Part shown: positions 19,159 through 29,656 of the stretch, one piece after another | Layout: each line of letters opens with the position of its first letter | How positions within the stretch are numbered: the stretch's first letter is position 1 | From: Lachnospiraceae bacterium | Lineage (GTDB): Bacteria; Bacillota; Clostridia; Lachnospirales; Lachnospiraceae | DNA length: 64,000 nt | Direction of reading: 5' to 3' | NCBI GenBank assembly: GCA_963598245.1 | Contig: CAVBSU010000001.1 | Location: 6,854-70,853, forward strand | Translations under genes and position numbers: made by a program | The notes under the pieces: generated by a model | The model's database searches: none | What the model saw: the letters and a program-made list of their open reading frames with translations, nothing else | Told to the model about the DNA's origin: nothing

Positions 19159-19758
19159 TTACCGTAAATCCTCGGCTATTCCTGTGATGATTTCGACACA
19201 TTTATCATATCCTAACAATCCGGAATCCAGACAAATATGATAGTTGTTGCAGCTGCCCCACTTTTTGCCCGTAAAACGGTTATAATAATTGTGTCTTGCC
19301 GCATCCTTTTTTATCATGGTCTTCTTAACTGCGGCAATGTCATCCGTTTCTATTAGCTCCGATACTCTTTTTGCCCTGTGAAGCTCATCAGCATATATAA
19401 ACACATTTATACTGTCAATGCCTGCCTTCGCCAGAATATCATCCGCACAGCGGCCCAGGATTACACACGGACCCTGCTTTGCCAAATTTGTAATAACTGC
19501 CTGTTGTATCTCTACAAGCTTTTCATGGCTGTCGTTATAATATCCGCTCGAGATATTGCTTATAGTTGTCATAAGGCTTTCGAGCTTCGATATCTCCTCA
19601 CTTTCTTCTTCGACAAGCGACATATCTATCCCTGATGCCTTCGCAGCATTTCTTATAATATCCTTATCGTAAAACGGAATACCAAGTTTTTCAGCAACCC
19701 TTTTGCCGATGCTGTGACCGCCCGCTCCATACTCTCTGCTGATAGTTATAATCTTCAT
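19159..19758 (-). CDS. cytidylate kinase-like family protein
   Basis: The N-terminus ITISREYGAGGHSIGKRVAEKLGIPFYDKD is typical of the cytidylate_kin2 family. Confidence 0.75.
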   Translation of the reverse strand: MKIITISREYGAGGHSIGKRVAEKLGIPFYDKDIIRNAAKASGIDMSLVEEESEEISKLESLMTTISNISSGYYNDSHEKLVEIQQAVITNLAKQGPCVILGRCADDILAKAGIDSINVFIYADELHRAKRVSELIETDDIAAVKKTMIKKDAARHNYYNRFTGKKWGSCNNYHICLDSGLLGYDKCVEIITGIAEDLR

Positions 19759-19954
19759 AAAAACCTTACCTCATTTTGAAAATCTACGAGTATTTTATCA
19801 CTGTATTTGGAAACCAACAACATGAATAAACAAAGCTCAGCTTTGAAGTTTGCTTATAAGCAAAGCATTAAATAAACCGCCCGGGGAAAATCTCCTCAGG
19901 CGGCTTATATATCCGTACAAATTGTATTCAGATAATCTTTGAATCCTTCCCGGA

Positions 19955-20332
19955 TTACTTAAGTGTAACCTTAGCTCCGACTTCCTCAAGCTTCTTCTGG
20001 ATATCCTCAGCTGTAGCCTTATCAGCAGCTTCCTTAATGATCTTAGGAGCAGCCTCAACCATATCCTTTGCTTCCTTAAGTCCAAGACCTGTGATCTCAC
20101 GAACGACCTTGATAACCTTAATCTTCTCTGCGCCTACCTCTGTAAGCTCTACATCGAAGTCAGTCTTTTCTTCAGCTGCTGCGCCTGCGCCTGCACCTGC
20201 TGCTGCAACTACAACGCCTGCTGCTGCAGATACGCCGAATTCTTCCTCACATGCCTTTACAAGATCATTGAGCTCTAATACTGACAGTTCCTTAATAGCT
20301 TCGATAAACTCAGCTGTAGTTAATTTTGCCAT
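19955..20332 (-). CDS. rplL: 50S ribosomal protein L7/L12
   Basis: 125 aa with an Ala-rich hinge and the C-terminus [12 protein letters not shown]...[12 protein letters not shown]. Confidence 0.97.
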   Translation of the reverse strand: MAKLTTAEFIEAIKELSVLELNDLVKACEEEFGVSAAAGVVVAAAGAGAGAAAEEKTDFDVELTEVGAEKIKVIKVVREITGLGLKEAKDMVEAAPKIIKEAADKATAEDIQKKLEEVGAKVTLK

Positions 20333-20398
20333 TTTTATTTCCTCCTGAAATTATCTGCCGTCCCTGCGGCTGTGCGAATGTTTGTGCCGAATAATAAC

Positions 20399-20905
20399 TT
20401 ATTCTGCTGCAGGTGCTGCCTCGCCGCCCTTTTCAGCGATCTGATTAAGCACTCTTGCAAGATTTGTGATAGGTGACTGCAGTGAGCCGAGAAGCTTTGA
20501 AAGAAGTTCTTCTCTTCCCGGAACAGTAGCGATCTTTGCCATGCCGGCTGCATCATAATATGCGCCCTCGACAACGCCACCCTTAAGGTTAAGACTCTCG
20601 ATGTCCTTAGCATATTTGGAGATGATTCTCGCAGGTGCTGTCGCATCTGTCTTGGAAACTGCAAGAGCAGTAGATCCCTTAAGATCTCCAACAATGCTTT
20701 CGAACTCGGTTCCTGCTACAGCTCTGTTAATGAGAGTGTTCTTATAAACCTTGTATGTAACACCATTCTCACGAAGCTCCTTACGAAGCTTTGTATCCTG
20801 GTCTACAGTGATTCCAAGGTACTGTACCGTGACAGCTGACTGTGCTCCGTCAAGAAGACCCTTGATCTCATCAACTATAGGCTGCTTAAGTTCAACCTTA
20901 GCCAT
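20399..20905 (-). CDS. rplJ: 50S ribosomal protein L10
   Basis: 168 aa, conserved position upstream of rplL, RBS AGGAGG. Confidence 0.95.
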   Translation of the reverse strand: MAKVELKQPIVDEIKGLLDGAQSAVTVQYLGITVDQDTKLRKELRENGVTYKVYKNTLINRAVAGTEFESIVGDLKGSTALAVSKTDATAPARIISKYAKDIESLNLKGGVVEGAYYDAAGMAKIATVPGREELLSKLLGSLQSPITNLARVLNQIAEKGGEAAPAAE

Positions 20906-20944
20906 GTTCTTTTACCTCCTGTAATATTTCCGCCCTAAAACTGC

Positions 20945-21075
20945 AGAAAAGAAAACTCCATGCCAAAAGACATGGAGGTAAAGTCATAGTACTTTTATTC
21001 CTCGGCAGGCGTCTTTCATCCTTACGCTCGCAGTGCAATGCACATAGAGCACCTGCTGTCTTCGGCAGTTAAAGC
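20945..21075 (-). promoter_or_regulatory. ribosomal protein L10 leader with attenuator hairpin
   Basis: Structured ~130-nt 5' UTR ending in CUCCAUG-N8-CAUGGAG plus UUUUCUUUU (20977-20945). The position and architecture fit the Firmicute L10 leader. Not verified by a covariance model. Confidence 0.55.
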
Positions 21076-21081
21076 TTAGCT

Positions 21082-21110
21082 ATATTAACACACAATTTCG
21101 GGTGTGTCAA
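21082..21110 (-). promoter_or_regulatory. rplJL promoter
   Basis: On the minus strand: TTGACA (21110-21105), 17-nt spacer, TAATAT (21087-21082). Confidence 0.6.
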
Positions 21111-21140
21111 CCGATTCAGATTTCCTTCTTTTGCGGCTAA

Positions 21141-21839
21141 TCAGCCATTAACAAGCTTGGAAACATTGAGGCGAACTCCCGGTCCCATGGTAGATGTAAC
21201 TACTGCGGACTTAATGAATGCACCCTTTAATGCCGAAGGCTTTGCCTTGTTTACGGCATCCATAATGGTCTGGAAGTTCTCTGAAAGCTGCTCCTCCGTG
21301 AATGAAGCCTTTCCGAACGGCACATGAATGATATTTGCCTTATCAAGTCTGTACTCGATCTGTCCGGCCTTAATATCATGTATAGCCTTTGTTACATCCA
21401 TGGTAACCGTGCCTGCCTTAGGGTTAGGCATAAGTCCCTTAGGTCCGAGAACCTTACCGAGACGACCTACAACTCCCATCATGTCAGGTGTTGCAACAAC
21501 TACATCATAGTCAAACCAGCCGTCATTCTGAATTCTCGGAATAAGCTCCTCAGCTCCAACATAATCAGCTCCTGCTGCCAATGCCTCGTCAGCCTTAGGT
21601 CCCTTTGCAAATACAAGAATACGAACCTTCTTGCCTGTTCCGTTAGGAAGAACTACAGAACCGCGGATCTGCTGGTCAGCCTTACGGCCGTCGCAGCCTG
21701 TTCTGATATGAAGCTCCATAGTCTCATCAAACTTTGCTGAAGCATTTTCCTTTGCAATTCTGATAGCCTCATTCTTATCATACTGGAGAGTGCGATCATA
21801 CTTTTTCACATTCTCAAGATACTTCTTACCTCTTTTCAT
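21141..21839 (-). CDS. rplA: 50S ribosomal protein L1
   Basis: 232 aa, MKRGKKY...; conserved rplK-rplA order. Confidence 0.97.
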   Translation of the reverse strand: MKRGKKYLENVKKYDRTLQYDKNEAIRIAKENASAKFDETMELHIRTGCDGRKADQQIRGSVVLPNGTGKKVRILVFAKGPKADEALAAGADYVGAEELIPRIQNDGWFDYDVVVATPDMMGVVGRLGKVLGPKGLMPNPKAGTVTMDVTKAIHDIKAGQIEYRLDKANIIHVPFGKASFTEEQLSENFQTIMDAVNKAKPSALKGAFIKSAVVTSTMGPGVRLNVSKLVNG

Positions 21840-21853
21840 CGAAAGCTACCCCC

Positions 21854-22279
21854 TTATTCCTCTACAGTAACGCCCATACTTCTGCAAGTTCCGGCGATCA
21901 TTGACATTGCTGCCTCGATAGTTGCTGCGTTAAGATCAGGCATCTTTGTCTCTGCAATCTTCTGAAGATCTGCCTTTGAGATAGTAGCTACCTTTGTCTT
22001 ATTAGGAACACCTGAACCGCTCTTTATCTTACAAGCCTTCTTGATAAGAACCGGAGCCGGAGGGGTCTTTGTGATGAAACTGAAGCTTCTGTCTGCATAA
22101 ACAGTGATAACAACCGGGATAATAAGATCTCCCTGATCGGCTGTCTTTGCATTAAACTGCTTTGTGAACTCTACGATATTTACACCATGCTGACCGAGAG
22201 CAGGACCAACCGGCGGTGCCGGTGTTGCTTTGCCGGCAGGTATCTGTAACTTAATGTAACCTGTAACTTTTTTTGCCAT
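21854..22279 (-). CDS. rplK: 50S ribosomal protein L11
   Basis: 141 aa, [35 protein letters not shown]. Confidence 0.97.
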   Translation of the reverse strand: MAKKVTGYIKLQIPAGKATPAPPVGPALGQHGVNIVEFTKQFNAKTADQGDLIIPVVITVYADRSFSFITKTPPAPVLIKKACKIKSGSGVPNKTKVATISKADLQKIAETKMPDLNAATIEAAMSMIAGTCRSMGVTVEE

Positions 22280-22360
22280 AATAGCCTCCTTGTGGTAATA
22301 GCGGGGGTTTTAATACCCTCCCACCTGTATGTTAAAAGTTTTTGACCCGTTACTGAAAGG

Positions 22361-22888
22361 TCAAAGCTTCTTAACTTCTACGAATGATAATTCAACAGGT
22401 GTCTCTCGTCCGAACATCTCGACATTTATCGTAACAAGACGCTTGGACTCGTTGATTGCTTTGATCACTCCGACAGTATCCTTCCATGCTCCGGCAACAA
22501 CAACCACCGACTCGCCTTCCTTGAAGTCGCATACGATTTCGTTCTCGCGATTTCCGAGCATGGCAATCTCCTCTTCGGAGAGCGGTACGGGTTTGGAACC
22601 CGGTCCCACAAATCCGGTTACGCCTCTGGTATTTCTTACTACATACCAGGTTTCATCATTCATGATCATATGAACGAGGACATATCCCGGGAAGATCTTT
22701 CTGTCTATCTTCTTCTCTACGCCATTCTTTAATTCTATAGTGGACTGAACCGGAACTGCTACCTCAAGGATCTGATCCTGGAGATTGCGATTCTCGATTG
22801 TCTTTTCAATATCGACCTTTACTTTATTCTCATAGCCTGAGTATGTGTGAGCCACATACCACTTAGCCTCAGAACCGATATCTGCCAT
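22361..22888 (-). CDS. nusG: transcription termination/antitermination factor NusG
   Basis: 175 aa with KWYVAHTYSGYENKV (NGN domain) and a C-terminal KOW domain. Confidence 0.95.
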   Translation of the reverse strand: MADIGSEAKWYVAHTYSGYENKVKVDIEKTIENRNLQDQILEVAVPVQSTIELKNGVEKKIDRKIFPGYVLVHMIMNDETWYVVRNTRGVTGFVGPGSKPVPLSEEEIAMLGNRENEIVCDFKEGESVVVVAGAWKDTVGVIKAINESKRLVTINVEMFGRETPVELSFVEVKKL

Positions 22889-22899
22889 TTTTTTCTCCT

Positions 22900-23121
22900 T
22901 TAAAGAATAAGCCCTAAAAGTGCCTTAAGGCCGGTGTCAAGTCCGAAGATCAGCAGACCGATAAGAACACTGACGACGATTGTAGCTATTGTCTCTTTTT
23001 TCAGATCCTCCTGATTCGGAAAAATGATCTTTGAGAATTCTGCCTTTACTCCGTTTGCAAAAGAGCTTAGCCTTCCTGCCGCAGAAGTTCTCTCCGCAGA
23101 GCTGTTAGCCTTATCAGCCAT
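22900..23121 (-). CDS. secE: preprotein translocase subunit SecE
   Basis: 73 aa with a single C-terminal TM helix, located between rpmG and nusG. Confidence 0.9.
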   Translation of the reverse strand: MADKANSSAERTSAAGRLSSFANGVKAEFSKIIFPNQEDLKKETIATIVVSVLIGLLIFGLDTGLKALLGLIL

Positions 23122-23279
23122 TACTTTGTCTCCTTATGCGGTGTGTGCTTCTTGCAGAATCTGCAATACTTATTCACTTCCATTCTGTCCGGATGATTCT
23201 TTTTGTCCTTTGTAAGGAAGTAGTTACGCTGTTTGCACTCGGTGCAAGCTAAAATGATTTTGGTGCGCTTTGAAGCCAC
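23121..23279 (-). CDS. rpmG: 50S ribosomal protein L33
   Basis: Hand translation gives [55 protein letters not shown] start with RBS GGAGGTG 7 nt upstream. The stop overlaps the secE ATG (TAATG). The ORF is below the track cut-off. Confidence 0.9.
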   Translation of the reverse strand: MASKRTKIILACTECKQRNYFLTKDKKNHPDRMEVNKYCRFCKKHTPHKETK

Positions 23280-23361
23280 GGTTATTCACCTCCCAAAAGT
23301 AAATTATACATGCCGCACTGCGGCTTGAGCTTTTATGTTTTCCTGTCGAAAAACATGCAAG

Positions 23362-23385
23362 AAAAAAGGGGCTCACCCCTTTTTA
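23362..23385. terminator. intrinsic terminator (nhaC side)
   Basis: AAAAGGGG-CUCA-CCCCUUUU, flanked by A and T runs. Confidence 0.7.
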
Positions 23386-23493
23386 CTCGGTAAAGATACC
23401 ACAAGCCCGCCATGAAAGTCAAGCTCATTATGCATCTGGACACAATGTTTTTTATGACTGCTCTTCTTAAACCCGGAAAAGCACAATGCTCGT

Positions 23494-24987
23494 TTAAATC
23501 TCGGAAATAGACTTTGCATTAGCTTCTTTTGACGCTGCTATCTTGGCTAATTCCTCTTTTATCTGCGCATCACTGAGCTTGTTTACGCCAATTCCGGTTG
23601 CTGCATAGATAAGCGCAAACAGAGGACAAGCCCACCACATTACCGTATATGGTATATAGCCACCGGCACCATAAGCTGCAATTCCCAGGGTTGTAGCATA
23701 GAAGGCACCTGAATTTCCCCAGGGGAACATGCAGGATACACAAGTTCCTACATCCTCAAGTGTGCGTGAAAGAGTTGCTCTTCCCATTCCATTCTTAATA
23801 TATGCCTCTTCCCACGCTTCTCCTACAAATACCGAACTTACATAGGAATTTCCGGCAATGGCATGAATTATGTAAATAGCGATTTCAGCAGTAAATACGG
23901 TTTTAAGTCTTGAATTCAGATTTCTCATAAGAGGCTCTACCGCCTTATCAAGAATTCCGGCATTTATCATTATAGTGGTAGCTGAAAAACCGCAATAGCA
24001 TATAAGTACGATAGATGCCATAGACATCATGCCGCCTCTGTTAAGAAGATACGAAACCGTTGAATCTATTTCATATCCCTCAGGCGCAATAGATGAAACC
24101 GTAAATCCTTTAACTGCCGCAATAGTACCGGTTGATAGACTGAAGCCCTGAACGGTAAGACCGAGTATGATAGATATGGCTCCGCACGCAAGAAGTGACG
24201 GTACCACAGGCTTTTTAGTCATTACCAATATAAGCATTACAAGAAGCGGAAGTAAAAGCAAAACACTCCAGTTATAAAGATCGTCCAGCTGCTGCATGAT
24301 TATAACAGCATTTTCCGGGAGACCTTCTCCTCCGACATCCAGGCCAAACCCAAGCACTGTATAAAGCACACATCCGATAATCCACGCAGGCATGGTGGTC
24401 CAAAGCTGGGATCTTACATGTGACCAGAGATCTGTGCCTGCACAAGCCGGAGCAAGGTTTGTGGTCTCTGACATGGGAGAAATTTTATCTCCGAATATGG
24501 CGCCGGATATAATTGCTCCTGCGATTATTCCCGTATCTGCTCCGAGCCCCTGCGCCAGAGCCATGCAGGCAACACCGGCAGTTCCGGCTGAAGTCCAGGA
24601 TGAACCGGTAAGCACCGACATGACACAGCATACAAGAAATGCCGAAAGATATAAAAACTTTGGATTTATAAGCTCAAAGCCGTAATAAACAACCATGGGC
24701 AGTGTTCCGCTGAAAAGCATTCCTCCAAGCATGAAGCCGATTGCCCACATAATAAGAATTGTCGGTGTGAGCTGTCCTATACGCTTTCCGATAGCCTTTT
24801 CCATGTAATCCCAGGAATATCCCATCCTCATGGACATAACCGCAGCAATAGCTGCAACTACGAGCAATGCGAATTCTACACGCATCTTTAAAACCAGAGC
24901 GCCAAGAATAATGACTGCTGCCAGACCGACGCAAAGATAAGCTTCGCCTGCCGTAGGCTTACGATAAGTTTTTGTCTGTTCACTCAT
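23494..24987 (-). CDS. nhaC: Na+/H+ antiporter, NhaC family
   Basis: 497 aa with ~12 TM segments. The overall sequence resembles the NhaC family. Confidence 0.8.
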   Translation of the reverse strand: MSEQTKTYRKPTAGEAYLCVGLAAVIILGALVLKMRVEFALLVVAAIAAVMSMRMGYSWDYMEKAIGKRIGQLTPTILIMWAIGFMLGGMLFSGTLPMVVYYGFELINPKFLYLSAFLVCCVMSVLTGSSWTSAGTAGVACMALAQGLGADTGIIAGAIISGAIFGDKISPMSETTNLAPACAGTDLWSHVRSQLWTTMPAWIIGCVLYTVLGFGLDVGGEGLPENAVIIMQQLDDLYNWSVLLLLPLLVMLILVMTKKPVVPSLLACGAISIILGLTVQGFSLSTGTIAAVKGFTVSSIAPEGYEIDSTVSYLLNRGGMMSMASIVLICYCGFSATTIMINAGILDKAVEPLMRNLNSRLKTVFTAEIAIYIIHAIAGNSYVSSVFVGEAWEEAYIKNGMGRATLSRTLEDVGTCVSCMFPWGNSGAFYATTLGIAAYGAGGYIPYTVMWWACPLFALIYAATGIGVNKLSDAQIKEELAKIAASKEANAKSISEI

Positions 24988-25295
24988 TCTTTTTAATCCC
25001 CTTATTTCAGTTTGATCTTACTGCGTTATTTCTTCAGGTTAGCGCGTTAAAGTAAAATCAAAGGGATTATATACCAGGTTGTTTAAAAAATCTACCTGAT
25101 TTTTTCGGCAGTTGTTCTCTCTGAAATAATCAAGGGCTTCGGTTCTTAATTCCGAAGCCCTTGAAAGGATACCAATTTTCGCCCTGATTATACCGTCGGA
25201 TGGCTGATTTCCTTTTGAATCAGCCATCATAAAGACAACGGGGGAGTCTTTTATCCGGTCATTTTTTGCGAAAAAAGTTGCCAAACTTTATATTA

Positions 25296-26087
25296 TCAAT
25301 AATCAGAGTCTTCAAGCTCTGCACCGTCATCAAATGCTGCATTTATTACAGCTTCATCTGTGACGATTTCATCCTCTGCGGCTGTTTCTGCAGTTTCCGC
25401 TGTTGTTTCGGTCACAGCATCTGCCGTGCTTTCTGAAGCAGTTGTCTCTGCCACAGTCTCTGAAGCAGCCTCTGTTACTGTTTCTGCAGCAGCTGCGCTT
25501 GCATCAATCGTAACTTCGCTTTCTGCCTGAGTCTGTTCTGTTACAGTCTCTGTTTGAATCTCAGCAATTATTTCGTCCGTTGCAACGCTCTTTCCTGTCA
25601 TTGTCTCAAGATAGCTGAGCTTTTTCTCCAGAAGCTCTACAAGTTCGCCTCTTATCTTAATCTGCTTTTCCTGTACAGCCTCAAGCAATATAAGCTTATC
25701 CTTTGCTGTCTCAATATCTCCGCTGGTTCTTGCTTCTTTTGCGGCAGCTCTTAAGGTCTTATTCTGTCCCCTCTCACCTGTGAGCTCCTGGCGCTTGGCC
25801 TTGATTTCGCCGGAAAGCTTTGCAAGTTCTTCGCTGGAAGATTTTGTCATATATCCGTTAGCTCTGACAAGCTTCTGCTCTGCCGTAATCTTGGCTGTAA
25901 GCTCCTTGCTCGCCGTTATCAGCTCACTGAGTTTGCTTCGCTGTGTGGCAAGCTCGGCATTATAAACGCTAAGCTCGGATTTGCCGCTGCCCGGTGATTT
26001 GGTTGCGGCGATTGCCGATGATGTCTGACCTAAAACAAGCATTCCTGTAAGTGCCATTAATCCTAATTTCTCAAATGTTCTTTTCAT
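25296..26087 (-). CDS. secreted coiled-coil protein with acidic Thr/Glu/Ala-rich tail
   Basis: Signal peptide, heptad-like K/E/L-rich core, and a repetitive ETVTE/AAETA tail. Function unknown. Confidence 0.55.
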   Translation of the reverse strand: MKRTFEKLGLMALTGMLVLGQTSSAIAATKSPGSGKSELSVYNAELATQRSKLSELITASKELTAKITAEQKLVRANGYMTKSSSEELAKLSGEIKAKRQELTGERGQNKTLRAAAKEARTSGDIETAKDKLILLEAVQEKQIKIRGELVELLEKKLSYLETMTGKSVATDEIIAEIQTETVTEQTQAESEVTIDASAAAAETVTEAASETVAETTASESTADAVTETTAETAETAAEDEIVTDEAVINAAFDDGAELEDSDY

Positions 26088-26330
26088 TGTGTTTTCTCCT
26101 TGTTCGTTTATGTTGTGTAAAGCTTAACACCTGTTTTCTTGTTGTTATGTGCATTATAAACCGCAGTAAGATTTGAAAATACGGAAAATTTGCGGCAAAG
26201 CAATGACAAATGTTTACGCTTTTTTGAAGTGATGTTATCATTTGAAATATATCTGTAAGATGTATTGCCGCAGGCGCAATATATATGTACAAAAGGATGT
26301 CTGCGGTCTTGACGGAGGTATTACTTTCAT

Positions 26331-27047
26331 ATGACTCGCATGATTTATTTTGTTGACGATGAAAAGCATATCAGGGAATTGATAGAAGCATTTTTGCTTC
26401 AGGCAGGCTTTGATGTCGTTACCTTTGCTGACGGAGAAGCCTTCCTTGAGGCGTATAAAAACAGAAAGCCCGACATTGCCATAGTCGATATAATGCTGCC
26501 CGGTGTAGACGGACTCAGCCTGTGCAGAACTGTTAAACAGTCCAGCCCCGGTATTCCGGTAATAATCATCTCTGCAAAGGACAGCCCATATGACCGTGTT
26601 GTAGGCTTTGCCTCATGCTGTGACGATTATCTTGTTAAGCCCTTTCTGCCGCTTGAGCTTGTATACAGAATAAAAATGCTTCTCCGGCGAATTGACAGTG
26701 AAGAGCAGAGTCAGATTCCGGTGCAGCAAGATGAATGCTTAAGCCTGGGCGGACTCACTATCTATCCTGCCGGACGAGTTGCCAAACTTAATGGAAAAGA
26801 ACTGACTCTTACTCCGAGCGAGTTTGATTTTCTTTCATATATGTTAAAGAATAAGGATCGGGCAATAAAGCGTGACGAATTACTTAAATATGTCTGGCGT
26901 GCCGAGTATCAGTTTGATACAAGAGCTACGGATGATTTGGTAAAGAGACTGCGCAGGAAGCTTCGCGAGCATAATTCCGATGTGCGCATTGAAACCGTGT
27001 GGGGTTATGGCTTTAAGCTTAGCAGGGAGACTGATACAACGCCATGA
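26331..27047 (+). CDS. OmpR-family response regulator
   Basis: Receiver domain (DD...D at VDIMLPGVDG...K) plus a winged-helix C-terminus (TLTPSEFDFLSYM...VWGYGFKL). Confidence 0.9.
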   Translation: MTRMIYFVDDEKHIRELIEAFLLQAGFDVVTFADGEAFLEAYKNRKPDIAIVDIMLPGVDGLSLCRTVKQSSPGIPVIIISAKDSPYDRVVGFASCCDDYLVKPFLPLELVYRIKMLLRRIDSEEQSQIPVQQDECLSLGGLTIYPAGRVAKLNGKELTLTPSEFDFLSYMLKNKDRAIKRDELLKYVWRAEYQFDTRATDDLVKRLRRKLREHNSDVRIETVWGYGFKLSRETDTTP

Positions 27048-28531
27048 AAACAAAAAAACTGCTTCACCGTTTGCTTTTTCCGTCATTAGTTATTCTTATA
27101 TTATTTCCGCTTATTTCCTGCATGGTCTTTCACTATACGGCCAGGCAGTACGCCGTAAGAAAAGCCGAAAATGAGCTTGAAAAGCTTCAGACTCTTGTGA
27201 TGCCTTATGTTAATGAAGCATTTGCGGCAGAATCTGACCTTGCTCCGAAGGAGAGAGTTTCCATGTTTGTGAGATCTGCAACTCCTGCCATCAGACGCAT
27301 GGGCAAGATGACAGGAAACGGTCAGATACTTTTGTTTGCCGGAAATTATAATATAGTCTATCCCAGAGAAGAGGATGACCGTGAAGCTGTCGAAGACCTG
27401 GCTGATGCCTGCAGAAAATATATACAGGAATCAAATGACCACTTGTTTGACAGCGCAATAAAGCTCAGTACGGCTGACGGAAATGAATATCTTTCCAGAA
27501 TACTTAAGGTTCCTAATGATACCAGGGAAATAAAATACCTCATAAGCTACTGCCCGGTATCTGACATAGGAGAATGGGTAGGGGCTGCGTCGCTGAGAGT
27601 GCTGCTTATATCATTTGCAGCTGCTGTTATAATTCTTTTTCTTCTTATACATACTGCTGAAAATGTAAATAAGGCTATATACAGATTATGTGATGAGGCT
27701 GAAAAAATAGGAAACGGCTCTTTTTCAGGTATAGACTACAGCTTTGACATTGCCGAGCTGGAAAAACTGCGGGTGTCAATGAATCTGATGTCCGAAAGAT
27801 TAAGTGAGGCCGAGAACGCAAAAAACAGATTCTATCAGAATATTTCCCATGATTTACGCACTCCGCTCATGTCCATAGCAGGATATGCACAGGGAATAGA
27901 AACCGGAGTCTTTGACGATCCTTTGCATGCGGCTCATATTATTTCGGACGAAAGCATGAGACTTACCGGGTTAGTTGAAGGACTGCTGAATCTTTCAAGA
28001 ATAAATGCCTCAGATAAGCCCAGGCTGGTCCCGCTTGATCTTCGTGATGAGCTTGCCGATATATATGAGCACATGAACGGCTTAGCTGTAAAGTCTGAAA
28101 AGCAGCTTCATGTTAATATTGCGGATAATGTAAGCACTGTACTTGCTGATTCTGAATCTCTTGAGAAAATAATCGAAAACATACTGTCAAATGCTCTCAG
28201 ATATGCAAAAAAAGAGGTATGGCTTACCGCCGAAGAGATTGATAATCCCAGAAATGCCTCTACAGACACTGTCGGCTCTCATTATGACAGATATGCCGAT
28301 TGTGATGAGCCTGAACGCGGCATAATCATAAAGATTATTGATGATGGCAATGGTATTAAAGCCGAAGAACTTCCTCATATATTTGAAAGGCACTATAAGG
28401 GCGAGGAAGGCTGCTTTGGTTTCGGCTTAGCCATAGCTTTGGCCGCTGCCGGTAAAATTGATGCCGTGCTTACCGCAGAAAATACCGTGGATAAAGGTGC
28501 TTGCTTTACTCTGCTGCTTAAAAATCAGTAA
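27044..28531 (+). CDS. sensor histidine kinase
   Basis: Two TM segments, H-box FYQNISHDLRTPL, N-box SNALRYA and G-box DDGNGI. There is a 4-nt overlap with the regulator gene. Confidence 0.85.
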   Translation: MKTKKLLHRLLFPSLVILILFPLISCMVFHYTARQYAVRKAENELEKLQTLVMPYVNEAFAAESDLAPKERVSMFVRSATPAIRRMGKMTGNGQILLFAGNYNIVYPREEDDREAVEDLADACRKYIQESNDHLFDSAIKLSTADGNEYLSRILKVPNDTREIKYLISYCPVSDIGEWVGAASLRVLLISFAAAVIILFLLIHTAENVNKAIYRLCDEAEKIGNGSFSGIDYSFDIAELEKLRVSMNLMSERLSEAENAKNRFYQNISHDLRTPLMSIAGYAQGIETGVFDDPLHAAHIISDESMRLTGLVEGLLNLSRINASDKPRLVPLDLRDELADIYEHMNGLAVKSEKQLHVNIADNVSTVLADSESLEKIIENILSNALRYAKKEVWLTAEEIDNPRNASTDTVGSHYDRYADCDEPERGIIIKIIDDGNGIKAEELPHIFERHYKGEEGCFGFGLAIALAAAGKIDAVLTAENTVDKGACFTLLLKNQ

Positions 28532-28627
28532 CAAACCGGTGCCGGGACCCCTTGGGAACCCACTAGTTAGATAAAAGAAAATCCTCTAAAACGGCTTATC
28601 TAAGCCATTTTAGAGGAAATAAAAAGC

Positions 28628-28698
28628 AGCGGGTGATGGGAATCGAACCCACGTGTACAGCTTGGAAGGCTGTCATTCTACCATTGAACTACACCCGC
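28628..28698 (-). tRNA. tRNA-Gly (anticodon UCC)
   Basis: Cloverleaf checked by hand: GCGGGTG acceptor, anticodon stem-loop ACAGC-CTTCCAA-GCTGT, T-arm GTGGG-TTCGATT-CCCAT. No encoded CCA. Confidence 0.9.
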
Positions 28699-28855
28699 AA
28701 CAGCAATTCATATTCTATCAAGTCCTGGCAAATTTGTCAACTGGAATTTTCAAACTTATTGTTCTATAATGGGACAGGTGACAGAATCTGTGACGGAGCA
28801 GCACCATGACAGATAGATGCACATACGCAAAAATTTAAAAAAGGAGAACCAGCAT

Positions 28856-29377
28856 ATGCAGCAAAATCCGATAGCAACTATCACTATGGCTGACGGAAGC
28901 ACTATTAAATTGGAGCTTTATCCGGAGATTGCCCCCAATACGGTCAAAAACTTTATCAGCCTTGTAAATCATAACTTCTACGACGGCACAATCTTTCACA
29001 GAGTCATTTCCGGCTTTATGATTCAGGGCGGTGACCCTGACGGAACCGGTATGGGTGGCCCCGGCTACAGCATCAAGGGAGAATTCAGCCAGAACGGTTT
29101 TGAAAACGATCTGCATCATGCCCGCGGTGTCATCTCCATGGCAAGATCCATGTTCCCGGACTCGGCAGGAAGCCAGTTCTTCATCATGCATAAGGATGCT
29201 CCGCATTTAGACGGCGCTTATGCTGCCTTCGGAAAGGTCATAGAAGGACTTGATGCCGTTGATAAAATCGCAGGTGTTGATACTGATTATAATGACAGAC
29301 CAAAAGAAGATCAGATCATGAAAACCGTAACCGTCGAGACCTTCGGCACGGACTACGACGAACCTGAAAAAGTTTAA
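28856..29377 (+). CDS. ppiB: peptidylprolyl isomerase (cyclophilin type)
   Basis: FHRVISGFMIQGGDP...GSQFFI motifs. ATG at 28856 preceded by AAGGAG. Confidence 0.9.
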   Translation: MQQNPIATITMADGSTIKLELYPEIAPNTVKNFISLVNHNFYDGTIFHRVISGFMIQGGDPDGTGMGGPGYSIKGEFSQNGFENDLHHARGVISMARSMFPDSAGSQFFIMHKDAPHLDGAYAAFGKVIEGLDAVDKIAGVDTDYNDRPKEDQIMKTVTVETFGTDYDEPEKV

Positions 29378-29404
29378 TATTCATTAAAACACCAAATGAA
29401 TCTT

Positions 29405-29647
29405 TTATTTTTTCTTTGCAGCCAGCTCTCTGAGCATATTTACAAGCTCTATATCAGATTCATTTACACGCATATTGGTTTCGAGGTGCGAGCCGTCTGG
29501 ATATGTGATTTTCATATCCAGCACCGCCCCCTCGCCTATGCCCTTTTTCCCTATCTGTGACAAAAAGCCTGCTACCCCAGGATGATTGGATGAAAATGTA
29601 CTCCAGGCTTTTTTTAATTTAAGCATAATCTCGATATTCTCAAACAT
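29405..29647 (-). CDS. hypothetical 80-aa protein
   Basis: The ORF directly follows the CAP-domain gene on the same strand with a 9-nt gap. No recognisable motif. Confidence 0.45.
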   Translation of the reverse strand: MFENIEIMLKLKKAWSTFSSNHPGVAGFLSQIGKKGIGEGAVLDMKITYPDGSHLETNMRVNESDIELVNMLRELAAKKK

Positions 29648-29656
29648 ATATACTCC

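Noticed and set aside
19837-20100. 87-aa Arg/Leu-rich ORF
   Set aside because: It overlaps the 3' end of rplL in another frame and covers the rplL terminator region. The repetitive RLL/RKL composition is a frame artefact.
22341-22375. CtsR operator (GGTCAAA repeats) near the nusG stop
   Set aside because: The two heptamers are inverted (TTTGACC ... GGTCAAA), not the direct repeat bound by CtsR, and no heat-shock gene is downstream. It is more simply a weak inter-cistronic hairpin between nusG and rplK.
25039-25284. 81-aa ORF between nhaC and the coiled-coil protein gene
   Set aside because: It has a TTG start and no RBS. It spans two perfect hairpins and the probable nhaC promoter region, and has no recognisable motif. 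It is most likely non-coding.
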